Source of the DNA: Frankiales bacterium
GTDB lineage: Bacteria; Actinomycetota; Actinomycetes; Mycobacteriales; SCTD01
Assembly: GCA_025465465.1 (NCBI GenBank)
Contig: JAODND010000089.1
Coordinates: 85,336-149,335, forward strand
DNA length: 64,000 nt
Reading direction: 5' to 3'
The notes below the pieces were generated by a model. It did no database searches. It was not told where the DNA came from and saw only the letters and a list, made by a program, of their open reading frames with translations. How positions within the stretch are numbered: position 1 is the stretch's first letter; every line of letters starts with the position of its first letter. Both the position numbers and the translations under genes were made by a program. Shown here one piece after another: positions 9,823 through 19,673 of the stretch.

Positions 9823-10653
9823 ATGCCGACCTATGCGCAGTTCACCACCCTCCAGGTCACCGTCGACTCGGGAGTGGCCGAGGTGGTGCTGGACCGGCCG
9901 AAGGCGCTGAACGCGTTCGACGAGGTGATGATCGAGGAGCTGCACAGCTGCTGGCGTGCCTTCCGCGGGGACGACGACGTCAGGGCCGTGGTCTTGACCG
10001 GATCAGGTGACAAGGCGTTCTGCACCGGGATCGACCGCAACGCGGCCCAGGTCGGCGTGGCCGGCCGACGTTCGGCCATCGGTCAGCAAGGGGCGACTCC
10101 GCTGCACTTCGATGATCCCGGTGAGCGCATCAGCCCGAAGTCCGGAGCCGACTTGTGGAAGCCAGTGGTCGCGGCAGTCAACGGGATGGCCTGCGGAGGC
10201 GCCTTCTACCTCCTCGGCGAGGTCGACGTCATCATCGCCGCCGAGCACGCGACCTTCTTCGACCCGCACGTCACCTATGGCATGGCGGCTGTCTTCGAGC
10301 CGATGGCCATGCTGCAGCGGATGCCGCTCGGTGAGGTGCTGCGCATGTCGCTGATGGGCGTCCATGAACGGGTGTCGGCCCAGCGCGCGCTGGACATCGG
10401 CCTGGTGTCCGAGGTCGTTCCCGCGGATGACCTGCGGGTGGCGGCGCGGCAGGTGGCCGCGGTCATTGCGGGCCAGCCGCCGCTGGCCGTGCAGATGACG
10501 GTGCGAGCGATCTGGCAGGCGCTGAATGTCGGCTATCGGCAGGCCCTCGACCTCGGCAAGGTGCTGGTCCAGCTGGGCAGCGACGAGGCATCGCTCGCCG
10601 AAGGACAGCAGCTGTTCGCTTCAGGTGCGCGGCCTTCGTACCGGCTGCGCTGA
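9823..10653 (+). CDS. Enoyl-CoA hydratase/isomerase family protein (DPH-type)
   Basis: KALNAF, FCTGID, KPVVAAVNG, FFDPHV. Confidence 0.9.
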   Translation: MPTYAQFTTLQVTVDSGVAEVVLDRPKALNAFDEVMIEELHSCWRAFRGDDDVRAVVLTGSGDKAFCTGIDRNAAQVGVAGRRSAIGQQGATPLHFDDPGERISPKSGADLWKPVVAAVNGMACGGAFYLLGEVDVIIAAEHATFFDPHVTYGMAAVFEPMAMLQRMPLGEVLRMSLMGVHERVSAQRALDIGLVSEVVPADDLRVAARQVAAVIAGQPPLAVQMTVRAIWQALNVGYRQALDLGKVLVQLGSDEASLAEGQQLFASGARPSYRLR

Positions 10654-10668
10654 GTCTCGGGTGACGCG

Positions 10669-11889
10669 TCAGCCGAGAGCGCCGGCCTGCTTCAGGGCGG
10701 CGACCCGAGCATCGTCGTAGCCGAGCAGGTCGCCGAGCACCTCGCGGGCGTGCTGGCCCGGCGTCGGCGCGTGCGCGGGGACGGGCAGGAGCTCGCCGTC
10801 GATGCGCACGGGGAACGGGATCTGCTCGGCACCCAGCAGCTCGGCCGGGATCCACGGCAGCCGCGCCTGGAACTGGGGGTCCAAGCCGATCTGCTCTGCG
10901 CTGTTCACGGGCGACAGCGGGACGTTTGCCTCAAGGCCGAGCCGGACCCACTCCTCGTTGGTGCGGGTCACGAACAGCGCGACGAGCTCCTTGCGCAGCG
11001 CGGTGTTGCCGCGGGCGTGATCGGCGTACTCGGCCCCGGGATGGGCCTCGAAGAGCTCGTCGCGACCTACGGCCGAGCAGAAGGACTTCCAGAACTTCCG
11101 TTCGCTCGCCTGGAACAGGACGTGTCCGTCAGCGCTGGCGTACATCTGGTAGCGCACGCTGTCGCGCATGCCGCCCGTGCCTGGCGCCCTGCGCTCATAG
11201 CCGTCAGTGGGATTGCCTGTGACCTCGTCCTCGGGTCGCTCGTAGGCCTTCCATGTCTCGATCGCCATCCAGTCGGTCGCCGCAGCGGCGTCGGACTGGG
11301 CGACGTCCAGGTGGCAGCCCTGCCCGGTGTCGCGGGCGCGGAGCACCGCGGCCAGCAAGGTGAGTGCGCCGTAGAGGGGGCCGGTGTGGATGCCGACGGA
11401 GCGGTGCGCAGGCATCGTGGGCAGCCCGTCGACGAGCTCGGGCCCGACGACGCCGGCCCACGCGTCGTAGGCCACGCCGTGCGTCGGCAGGTCACGGTAG
11501 GGGCCGCTGCCCCCGAAGCCGCTGATGGAGGCGAGCACGATGCGGGGGTTGATCTGCTGGAGCCGGGACAGGCCGAGCCCGCGGCGTTCGAGAGCTCCCG
11601 GCCGCATGGCCTCGACCACGGCGTCGGCATGCGAGACGAGGTCGAGGAAGACCTCGACGCCCTCCTCTGTCCGCAGGTCCAGGACCACGCTGCGCTTGCC
11701 TCGTCCGAGGTGGAGGTGCAGCAAGGACACCCCGTCGACGAACGGCCACACCATCTTGCGTATGTAGTCGCCGCCCGGCGGCTCGACCTTCACCACGTCC
11801 GCGCCCAGGTCGGCAAGATGCGTCGTCAAGGCCCCCGGTCCCAGCATGCTGACGTCGACGATGCGCAGTCCGTCGAGCAGGCCTGGCAC
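10669..11889 (-). CDS. Class III CoA-transferase-like protein (catalytic Asp apparently absent)
   Basis: LDGLRIVDVS, LADLGADVVKVE, GKRSVVLDLR, DAVVEAMRPG; GTG abuts upstream TAG. Confidence 0.88.
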   Translation of the reverse strand: MPGLLDGLRIVDVSMLGPGALTTHLADLGADVVKVEPPGGDYIRKMVWPFVDGVSLLHLHLGRGKRSVVLDLRTEEGVEVFLDLVSHADAVVEAMRPGALERRGLGLSRLQQINPRIVLASISGFGGSGPYRDLPTHGVAYDAWAGVVGPELVDGLPTMPAHRSVGIHTGPLYGALTLLAAVLRARDTGQGCHLDVAQSDAAAATDWMAIETWKAYERPEDEVTGNPTDGYERRAPGTGGMRDSVRYQMYASADGHVLFQASERKFWKSFCSAVGRDELFEAHPGAEYADHARGNTALRKELVALFVTRTNEEWVRLGLEANVPLSPVNSAEQIGLDPQFQARLPWIPAELLGAEQIPFPVRIDGELLPVPAHAPTPGQHAREVLGDLLGYDDARVAALKQAGALG

Positions 11890-13119
11890 CTAGAGCTCCA
11901 GGCCGAACAGCTTGATGGCGTTGCCCCGGGCGATCTTGTCGATCTGGTCCTGGGGGAGATGCCCGAACTGCAGGGCCGCGGCCTCCCGGGTGTCGGGCCA
12001 GGTGCTGTCCTGGTGCGGGTAGTCGGTCTCGAACAGGATGTTGTCCACGCCGACCTTGTCGAGCAGGTCGATGCCGACCGCATCCTTGAAGAAGCAGCTG
12101 TAGACCTGCCGGTAGTAGTAGGTCGAGGGCAGCTCCGGACAGTTGTCCTTGCCGTGCGCCCAGCCGCGGTGGGTGTGCCACACATCGTCTGCCCGCTCGA
12201 GCACGTAAGGGATCCAGCCGATCTGCGCCTCCGCATACATGAGCTTCAGCGTCGGGAAGCGGTGCAGGACCCCACTGAACAGGAAGTCGACGAGGCTGGC
12301 GGCGCTGTTGCCGAAGATGATCGTGCCCGCGACGGCCTCGGGTGCGTCGTCGGATGTCTGGGGCGTCTTCGTGCCGGAGCCGATGTGCATGCAGACGACG
12401 GTGCGGGTCTCCGCGCACGCGGCGAAGAACGGGTCCCAGTAACGGCTGTGGATGCTGGGCAGCCCCAGGTAGGCCGGGATCTCGCTGAACGCGACCGCAC
12501 GGACCCCGCGTGCCGCGTTGCGTCGCACCTCCCGCACCGCGAGCTCGACGTCCCAGAGCGGGACGATGCACAACGGCAGCAGGCGTCCACCGCTGTCGCC
12601 GCACCACTCCTCGACCATCCAGTCGTTGTAGGCCTGCACGGACATCAGCGACAGCTCCTTGTCCTTGCCCCACAGGAACATCTGACCGCAGAAGCGCGGG
12701 AAGTTCGGGAAGCACAGCTGTGCCTGCACGCCGTTGAGGTCCATGTCGGCGAGCCGCTCGACCGTCTGATAGCAGCCGGAACGCATGTTCTCGTAGGTCA
12801 CGCCTTGCATGCCGACCTCGTCGGCGGGGAAGCCGGCGGCGGCGATGTAGCGCTTCAGGCTGACCTGCCTGTCCTCGTAGAACCACCAGGCGACGTCGGG
12901 GCCGTCGGTCCCAGGCGCCTCGACGTACGACGAGCCGACGAGCTTCACGTCGCCGCCAGGGGCGTAGACGATCCTCGGGCCGACGTCGCGAAACCTTGCT
13001 GGGAGCCGGCTCGACCAGACGTCCCTCGGCTCGACGACGTGGGCGTCGACGTCGATGATCGGCGGGATCCGCAGCAATCGCGACTCCAGCACGTCCTGCT
13101 CGACAACCTGCTCCGACAT
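11890..13119 (-). CDS. Amidohydrolase family protein (Amidohydro_2-like)
   Basis: IDVDAHVVEP, MHIGSG, FETDYPHQDS; GGAGG RBS before ATG 13119. Confidence 0.9.
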   Translation of the reverse strand: MSEQVVEQDVLESRLLRIPPIIDVDAHVVEPRDVWSSRLPARFRDVGPRIVYAPGGDVKLVGSSYVEAPGTDGPDVAWWFYEDRQVSLKRYIAAAGFPADEVGMQGVTYENMRSGCYQTVERLADMDLNGVQAQLCFPNFPRFCGQMFLWGKDKELSLMSVQAYNDWMVEEWCGDSGGRLLPLCIVPLWDVELAVREVRRNAARGVRAVAFSEIPAYLGLPSIHSRYWDPFFAACAETRTVVCMHIGSGTKTPQTSDDAPEAVAGTIIFGNSAASLVDFLFSGVLHRFPTLKLMYAEAQIGWIPYVLERADDVWHTHRGWAHGKDNCPELPSTYYYRQVYSCFFKDAVGIDLLDKVGVDNILFETDYPHQDSTWPDTREAAALQFGHLPQDQIDKIARGNAIKLFGLEL

Positions 13120-13162
13120 ACGTCCTCCAGGGGCCTGGCCCGGCACGATGTTTCGCGCGCGA

Positions 13163-13182
13163 CTCGTACATACGATATACAA
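13163..13182. promoter_or_regulatory. Putative GntR/FadR operator (motif 1)
   Basis: CTCGTACATACGATATACAA in divergent spacer. Confidence 0.65.
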
Positions 13183-13199
13183 AAAGCGGGAGGCTAGCC

Positions 13200-14387
13200 A
13201 TGGAACTGAAAGACAGCGAGGCCGACGCCCAGTTCCGCAAGGAACTGCGCGTCTGGCTTGCTGATGTCGTCCCGAGCCTCCCGTCCCCTCCCGACCCGCG
13301 TGACAGGTGGGCCTCGCGCCGGTTCGACGAGACCTGGCAGCGGCTCCAGTACGACGCGGGCTATGCCGGAATCGCGTGGCCGAAAGCGCACGGCGGACGT
13401 GGTGCGACGCCAACCGAGCATCTGATCTTCCTGGAGGAGCTGGCCCGCGCCGACGCCCCGGATGTCGGCTGCGGCTTCGTCGGCCAGGGGCACGCCGGTC
13501 CGACGCTGATCGCGGAGGGCAGCGATGAGCAGCGCGCCGAGCACCTCCCGGGCATCCTCGACGGGACGAAGGTGTGGTGCCAGGGGTTCTCGGAGCCCGG
13601 CGCAGGCAGCGACCTCGCCGGTCTGCGCACCCGCGCCGTCCGAGACGGCGACGAGTACGTCGTGACGGGACAGAAGATCTGGACGTCGTTCGCGCAGGTC
13701 GCTGACTACTGCGAGCTGCTCGTCAGGACCGACCCTGATGCCCCGAAGCACAAGGGCATCACCTGGCTGATCCTGCCCATGAGCAGTCCAGGCATCGAGG
13801 TGCGGGAGCTGGTCACTCTGCAGGGCGAGGCGGAGTTCGCCGAGACCTACCTGGACGAGGTGCGCGTGCCTGTCGCCAACCGGGTGGGGGAGGAGAACGA
13901 CGGCTGGCGCGTCGCGATGGTGACGCTCAGCTTCGAGCGCGGCACCGCATTCGTTCCCGAGATGCTGGAGTCCCTGCGACTGGTCGAGGACCTCGCTCGG
14001 CTCAGCGAGCGGCTTCGCCGTGGCCGTGGCCCAGCGTGGGAGGACGCCGGCATCCGGCGCGAGCTCGGCACCGTCGCCGCGGAGCTCGACGCCCTCTGGG
14101 CCCTGACGAAGAGAAACGTCACCCGCGGCGAGAGCGGCACCGTGCCCATCGTCGGGGGCTCCTCGTTCAAGCTGTACTACGCCGATGTTCGTCACCGGCT
14201 CGGTGACCTCGCGATGCGGGTGCTCGACCAGGCCGGCCTCGTGCTGGAGGACCTGCCCGACCTCACCGTTGGCCGGCACGTCGAGGGTTCGCTGCACGCG
14301 TTCGCCGTGAGCATCGCCGCGGGCAGCAGCCAGGTGCAGCGCAACATTCTCGCTGAGCGTGTGCTCGGCCTGCCGAAGGAGCGCTGA
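13200..14387 (+). CDS. Acyl-CoA dehydrogenase (catalytic-type subunit of putative alpha2beta2 pair)
   Basis: WCQGFSEPGAGSDL, GQKIWTS, TLSFERG, NILAERVLGLP; GGAGG RBS. Confidence 0.93.
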   Translation: MELKDSEADAQFRKELRVWLADVVPSLPSPPDPRDRWASRRFDETWQRLQYDAGYAGIAWPKAHGGRGATPTEHLIFLEELARADAPDVGCGFVGQGHAGPTLIAEGSDEQRAEHLPGILDGTKVWCQGFSEPGAGSDLAGLRTRAVRDGDEYVVTGQKIWTSFAQVADYCELLVRTDPDAPKHKGITWLILPMSSPGIEVRELVTLQGEAEFAETYLDEVRVPVANRVGEENDGWRVAMVTLSFERGTAFVPEMLESLRLVEDLARLSERLRRGRGPAWEDAGIRRELGTVAAELDALWALTKRNVTRGESGTVPIVGGSSFKLYYADVRHRLGDLAMRVLDQAGLVLEDLPDLTVGRHVEGSLHAFAVSIAAGSSQVQRNILAERVLGLPKER

Positions 14388-14388
14388 G

Positions 14389-15360
14389 GTGCACTTCGAC
14401 CTCGACGCCGGCCAGCGTGAGCTCCAGTCGGCCCTCACGCGGTTCTGCCACGACCTCTTCCCGGTAGCGGTCGCCCGCGAGTCGGGCGAGAAGGGTCTGG
14501 ACAGGGGGCTGTGGCGCAGGCTTGCCGACATGGGGGTCTTCGCGCTGGCACTCCCTGACAGCGACGGCGGCGCGGGCCTGACCGTCGTCGAGCAGGTGCT
14601 CGCCTTCGAGGTTCTCGGCGCGGGCCTCGTGCCCGGTCCCATCGTCGGGAGCACCCTGGCCGCCGGACTGGTCGAGGGTGCGAGCACAGGTGACGTGGTG
14701 GTCGCGGCCGTGACAGCCACGGACGGCCCGGTGCTCGTACCCGGGCTCCGTGACGCTGACTGGCTGCTCGTGCTGCACGACGACCGGGTGGAGCTCGTCG
14801 AGGCGGCAGGCATCCACGGTGACCTGGTTTCACGGCCACTGGATCCGACCAGTCCACTGACGCGCCTCGACGCGATTCCCTCCGGCGAGGTGCTCCTCCT
14901 CGGGGCGGCATCCGACGCGTTGTGCCGCACCGCGTCGCTGCTCACGTCCGCCGCCCTGCTCGGGATCGCGCGACGGACCACCGAGCTCGCGACCGACTAC
15001 GCGAAGACCCGCGAGCAGTACGGCCGGACGATCGGGTCCTTCCAGGCGATAAAGCACATGCTCGCCGACATGCTCGCGTTGGCCGAGGTCGCCAGCGCCT
15101 CCGTCCACGCGGCCGGTGTGATGCTGGCGGACACGAGTGCCGAAGCGGAGCGCGCCGTCGCCGGTGCCCGGGTGCTCGCCGGAAAGGCCGCGCTGCACAA
15201 CGCTGCCACCAACGTCCAGATCCACGGTGGCATGGGCTTCACCTGGGAGCTGGACGCCCACCTGTACCTCAAACGTGCGCGGCTGCTGTCGGTCAGCCAC
15301 GGAAACGTGGACGCCGCGGCCGAGACGGTCGCCACCCAGTTGCGAGGAGCGCTGCAGTGA
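14389..15360 (+). CDS. Acyl-CoA dehydrogenase, short partner subunit
   Basis: YAKTREQYGRTIGSFQAIKH, IHGGMGFTWE; lacks the SEPxAGSD motif; 323 aa; GTG 1 nt after upstream TGA. Confidence 0.9.
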   Translation: MHFDLDAGQRELQSALTRFCHDLFPVAVARESGEKGLDRGLWRRLADMGVFALALPDSDGGAGLTVVEQVLAFEVLGAGLVPGPIVGSTLAAGLVEGASTGDVVVAAVTATDGPVLVPGLRDADWLLVLHDDRVELVEAAGIHGDLVSRPLDPTSPLTRLDAIPSGEVLLLGAASDALCRTASLLTSAALLGIARRTTELATDYAKTREQYGRTIGSFQAIKHMLADMLALAEVASASVHAAGVMLADTSAEAERAVAGARVLAGKAALHNAATNVQIHGGMGFTWELDAHLYLKRARLLSVSHGNVDAAAETVATQLRGALQ

Positions 15361-16193
15361 CGGCCGTCGAACCGATCGAGCACGCGTGCGAAGGCCTCCA
15401 GGTCACGCTCCTGAACGGGGTGCTCACGCTGACCCTCGACCGTCCAGAGGCCGGTAACGCGATCAACTCCACCCAGCGCGAGGCGCTGCTCGAGCAGCTG
15501 GCGCGAGCCGACGAGGACGCCGCGATCCGCGTCGTCGTCCTGGCCGCCCGTGGTCGGTTCTTCTGCACCGGCGCCGACCTGCGCGGGACGCCGCCTTCGC
15601 CCCCACGTCCGGAGGGCGCTCCCGAGCGGCTCGTCGGGGACATCCGGCGCACCCTCATGCGCGCAGCACTGCGGCTGGTCTCGGCCGTGCTGGACTGTGA
15701 GAAGCCGGTCATCGCCGCCGTCCAGGGGACCGCTGCCGGCCTCGGCGCCCACCTGGCGTTCGCGTGCGACCTCGTCGTCGCCAGCGAGGACGCGACGTTC
15801 ATCGAGGTGTTCGCACGACGCGGACTGCTGGCGGATGCCCTCGGGACCTGGCTGCTGCCCCGCATGGTCGGGCTGCAGCGCGCGAAGGAGCTCGTGCTGC
15901 TCGCGGAGGATGTGCCGGCGCGCCGGGCCTACGAGATCGGGCTGGTGACCCGCGTCGTCCCCGCCGATGGGCTCGACGACGAGGTGCGCAGGCTCGCGGA
16001 CCAGCTGGCCGCCGGGCCCACGCGCGCCTTCACCGCCGACAAGTTCCTGCTCAACAGGTCCTTCGACGTCGACCGCCACACGCTCGCCGCCGAGGAGGCC
16101 TGGCTCGTCGACGCCCTGGCCGCGACGCATGACGCCCAGGAGGGCGTCGCCAGCTTCGTCGAGCGCCGCACGCCGCACTTCCGCGGCTACTAA
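15357..16193 (+). CDS. Enoyl-CoA hydratase/isomerase family protein
   Basis: GNAIN, FCTGADL, KPVIAAVQG, RRGLLAD; GTGA overlap. Confidence 0.9.
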   Translation: MTAVEPIEHACEGLQVTLLNGVLTLTLDRPEAGNAINSTQREALLEQLARADEDAAIRVVVLAARGRFFCTGADLRGTPPSPPRPEGAPERLVGDIRRTLMRAALRLVSAVLDCEKPVIAAVQGTAAGLGAHLAFACDLVVASEDATFIEVFARRGLLADALGTWLLPRMVGLQRAKELVLLAEDVPARRAYEIGLVTRVVPADGLDDEVRRLADQLAAGPTRAFTADKFLLNRSFDVDRHTLAAEEAWLVDALAATHDAQEGVASFVERRTPHFRGY

Positions 16194-16207
16194 GGAGGAC
16201 GAACCAG

Positions 16208-18331
16208 ATGACGCTGCCTCTCGACGTGAGTGGGCGCCCGCTCGCTCTCCGGGAGCTGGACTGGGACCGGCTGTATCGGCCACGCACCGTGGCCGTCATC
16301 GGTGCCACCGACACGGCCGGACCGCCGCGCAACCAGTGGGTGCAGGTCCGGGACCGTCTCGGCGCCCGCGGCGCGACCGTCGTGCCGGTGCACCCGAAGA
16401 AGACGGACGTCCTGGGGTCGCGGGCCTATCCGAGCGTGCTCGACGTGCCTGGTGACGTCGATGTCGCCGTGATCCTCGTCCGGGACCCGCTGCCGGCGCT
16501 GCAGGACTGCCTCGAGAAGGGAGTCCTGTTCGCGTTCGTGTTCTCGGCGGGCTTCAGCGAGGTCGGCACCGAGGAGGGAAGGTCCGCAGAGGCCCGCCTG
16601 AAGCAGATCGCCTCCGGCGCGATGCGGGTGATCGGGCCGAACACCAACCTCAACTTCTACGAGCCCTGGCGCCAGGACCTTCCTGGCCGCAAGCTCGCCG
16701 TGGTCACCCAGTCCGGCTTCCAGGGACGTCCGTTGGTGCAGGGTGAGGTCCTCGGCATTCCGGTGCACACCTGGGCGACTGTCGGCAACGAGGCCGACAT
16801 CGAATGGTCCGACATGGTCGCGCATCTGGTCTCCGAACCCGACGTCGGAGCCGTGGCCAGCTATGTCGAGGGCTTCGTCGACGGCCGCACCTTCATGCTG
16901 GCTGCCGACGCGGCAGCGCGCGCCGGCAAGCCGATCGTCTGCATCAAGGTCGGCCGGTCGGAGGAGGGCCGCGTCATGGCGCAGGCCCACACCGGCCACC
17001 TGACCGGATCCGATGCGGTGCACGACGCCGTCTTCGAGCAGTTCGGCGTCCTGCGAGTGGATGACATCGACGAGGTCGTCGAGATCGCCGGCATGTTCTG
17101 CCACCTCCGGGAGCTCCCGGCGTCTGGGCGCGTCGCCGTCTACGCCATGTCGGGAGGGACGGCCTCGCACGTCGCCGACCTGTGCGGCGTGGCTGGCGTA
17201 CCCCTTCCGACGTTCGCACCCGAGACGGTCGCGAAGCTCGAGGACCTGCTGCCGTGGTACCTCCGTAAGGACAACCCGGTCGACAGCGGCGGTGTCATCA
17301 CGGCGACGCCTCAGAACATCGAGGTGCTGCGCGCGATGCTCGCCGACCCTTCCGTCGACGTCCTGTTCGCACCGATCACCGGTGTGTTCCCGGGCATGAG
17401 CGACGCGCTCGCCCGCGACCTCATCACGTTGCACCAGGAGGGCGGCAAGCCGGTCGTGGCCTGCTGGAACTCGCCACTCCGCGACAACGACGCCTACCGG
17501 GCGCTGTGCGCCGCCGGGGTGCCGCTGTTCCACTCGATGTCCGCGTCGGTGAAGGGCCTGAAGGCGCTGGGGGACTGGAGCGCGTTCACGGCGGGGTACC
17601 GCAGTCCGTTCGACGCGGCACCGCGCGCAGCGTCGCCCGCGCGCGACGCCGTCCGAGGTCTGCTCGGCCGCGGTGCGCTCAACGAGGTCGACAGCAAGCG
17701 GCTCCTTGCTGCCTACGACATCCCCACAGTGATCGAGCACGTGGCGTTGTCGGAGGAGGAGGCGGTGCGTGCAGCGCAGGCTCTTGGACTGCCGGTCGTT
17801 CTCAAGGTGCTCTCCGCTGACATCGCGCACAAGTCCGATCTCGGGCTCGTGGTGGTGGGGGTGCAGACGGAGCAGGATGTCCGCGACACCTACCGGTCGC
17901 TGGTCGAGCGGGCGGCGGCCGCCGCTCCGGAGGCCCGGGTGGACGGCGTCGTCGTGCAGGCCATGGTCTCGGGGTCAGTCGCCGAGGCCATCGTGGGCCT
18001 GTCGCACCAGCACCCCTTCGGGCCGACCCTGCTCGTCGGCCTGGGTGGCGTCCTGGCTGAGGTTTATGCCGACGTCGCGCACCTGGTGCCGCCGTTTGAC
18101 GAGGACCGGGTACGCGCCGTTGTCGGCGGTCTGCGCGCCGCGAAGCTGCTGGAGGGCGTCCGTGGTCGTCCTGCCGGTGACATCGACGCCCTCGTCCGGG
18201 TGGTGATGAGCCTGCAGCGCCTCGCGCTGGAAATCGGTGACGAGCTGCTGGAGATCGACATCAACCCGCTGCTCGTGCTGCCCGAGGGTCAGGGCGTCGT
18301 CGCCGTCGACGCGCTCGTGATCGGTCACTGA
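16208..18331 (+). CDS. ADP-forming acyl-CoA synthetase (acetate--CoA ligase family, fused alpha/beta)
   Basis: VAVIGA CoA-binding domain, GPN, AHTG phospho-His motif, NPVD, PVVLK, HKSDLG, IDINPL ATP-grasp; AGGAGG RBS. Confidence 0.92.
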   Translation: MTLPLDVSGRPLALRELDWDRLYRPRTVAVIGATDTAGPPRNQWVQVRDRLGARGATVVPVHPKKTDVLGSRAYPSVLDVPGDVDVAVILVRDPLPALQDCLEKGVLFAFVFSAGFSEVGTEEGRSAEARLKQIASGAMRVIGPNTNLNFYEPWRQDLPGRKLAVVTQSGFQGRPLVQGEVLGIPVHTWATVGNEADIEWSDMVAHLVSEPDVGAVASYVEGFVDGRTFMLAADAAARAGKPIVCIKVGRSEEGRVMAQAHTGHLTGSDAVHDAVFEQFGVLRVDDIDEVVEIAGMFCHLRELPASGRVAVYAMSGGTASHVADLCGVAGVPLPTFAPETVAKLEDLLPWYLRKDNPVDSGGVITATPQNIEVLRAMLADPSVDVLFAPITGVFPGMSDALARDLITLHQEGGKPVVACWNSPLRDNDAYRALCAAGVPLFHSMSASVKGLKALGDWSAFTAGYRSPFDAAPRAASPARDAVRGLLGRGALNEVDSKRLLAAYDIPTVIEHVALSEEEAVRAAQALGLPVVLKVLSADIAHKSDLGLVVVGVQTEQDVRDTYRSLVERAAAAAPEARVDGVVVQAMVSGSVAEAIVGLSHQHPFGPTLLVGLGGVLAEVYADVAHLVPPFDEDRVRAVVGGLRAAKLLEGVRGRPAGDIDALVRVVMSLQRLALEIGDELLEIDINPLLVLPEGQGVVAVDALVIGH

Positions 18332-18340
18332 CCTCGCCGG

Positions 18341-19048
18341 TCAGGCGTCGAGGACGCCGTTCGTCCGCAGCAGCGACACAACGGCCGTCCCCTGCGCGCG
18401 GAGCAGCGTCAGCCACTCCGACTCGACCTGGTCGCGGTCGCGGGCGGTGATGGCCTTGGTGACGGCCGTGATGCCCTTCTTCTGCAACTCGCTGGCGCCG
18501 GGAACGCGCTCGAAGAAGTTGCCGGGAACGATCCCGGTGATGACCCGGGACACCGACGACAGCCGCGGTGACCGCGCCAAGCCGTACATGTGGCGGATGA
18601 ACGCCTCGTTGTGGCGCTGCAGCGACTCGGGGTCTGACGCCCCGCGCACGGCCTTCCGGAGGTCGTTGAATCGGCTGATCTGCTCGTCGGTGCCGTGCTC
18701 GGCGGCGCGTCGGCCGGCCAGGCCGTAGAGCATGCCCAGGATCTCGTAATGGTCGGCGACACTCTCGGTGTCGAGCCCGTTGACGTACGCCCCGCGGTGC
18801 GGCTCGATGGTCACCCAGCCCTCGCGGTCGAGGGCGATCATCGCCTCCCGGACGGGGATGCGACTCACGCGCAGCTCTCCAGCCACGTCGTCCTGGCGGA
18901 TCCGGTCGCCGCGGCTGAGGTGCCCGCTGAAGATCTGCTCCCTGATGTAGCTCGCGACCTGATCGCCGCTGCTACGGCGGTCGAACGCAGCCGCAGCAGC
19001 ACTGACGGGGAAGTCGGGGACGGCGTTCTCCGGCAGCGGCTGGCTCAC
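18341..19048 (-). CDS. GntR family transcriptional regulator (FadR-like, FCD effector domain)
   Basis: wHTH ELRVSRIPVREAM...RGAYV followed by helical C-terminal domain. Confidence 0.93.
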   Translation of the reverse strand: MSQPLPENAVPDFPVSAAAAAFDRRSSGDQVASYIREQIFSGHLSRGDRIRQDDVAGELRVSRIPVREAMIALDREGWVTIEPHRGAYVNGLDTESVADHYEILGMLYGLAGRRAAEHGTDEQISRFNDLRKAVRGASDPESLQRHNEAFIRHMYGLARSPRLSSVSRVITGIVPGNFFERVPGASELQKKGITAVTKAITARDRDQVESEWLTLLRAQGTAVVSLLRTNGVLDA

Positions 19049-19077
19049 CTAACAGGCCCCTCTGATCATCGAATTTC

Positions 19078-19091
19078 CAGTATATCGTATG
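19078..19091. promoter_or_regulatory. Putative autoregulatory operator of gntR (motif 1)
   Basis: Reverse complement CATACGATATACTG matches 13169-13182 at 12/14; about 30 bp upstream of gntR start. Confidence 0.65.
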
Positions 19092-19168
19092 CGTCGCCAA
19101 CAGCTCGCGACGCGCGATGTCCGGCCAGCCTCGCACGCGCCGGCTGGGCGTGCAGCGAGCCGCGCCGG

Positions 19169-19666
19169 TCATCGACGATGCACGAAAGTGGCGCGCGCCG
19201 TGACCAGCAGGTACCCGTCCTCGCTGCGGTACTCGGTGCGGACCGTCATCACGGTCAGGTCGGCGCGGCCGTCCTTGCCCGGCTTGTGAACCACGTTCTC
19301 GACCACACCTGTCACGTGCAGGACGTCGCCAACCCGGATCGGCGCTTCGTAGGTGAACTCCTGCTCGCCGTGCAGAACCATGCCGCCGTCGGCGCGCAAC
19401 GAGGTGACGAGATCCAGCAGGGTGCGCGCTCCGTCCGGAGGCGTCGGCTGAAGTTCGGGAAACAGCCCCCAGTGCGACGCCGCGAACAGGAACGTCGGGG
19501 GCACCGCGATCCCCTCGGCGTCGGCGGGCGAGACATGGGTGGAGCTGCTGTCGCGCACCGCCTCGGCGAACCGGGCTACAGGTCCCCGTTCCATCACGAG
19601 CACCGCCGGCGGCAGGGGTGTGCCGGGAACGGGTGGCGCGGACTGGACGGGCAACGTCGTCGTCAT
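19169..19666 (-). CDS. MaoC-family N-terminal (non-catalytic hot-dog) dehydratase-like protein
   Basis: ERGPVARFAEA, PPTF, VLHGEQEFTYEAPIRVGD; start moved to ATG 19666. Confidence 0.82.
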   Translation of the reverse strand: MTTTLPVQSAPPVPGTPLPPAVLVMERGPVARFAEAVRDSSSTHVSPADAEGIAVPPTFLFAASHWGLFPELQPTPPDGARTLLDLVTSLRADGGMVLHGEQEFTYEAPIRVGDVLHVTGVVENVVHKPGKDGRADLTVMTVRTEYRSEDGYLLVTARATFVHRR

Positions 19667-19673
19667 CGGGACC

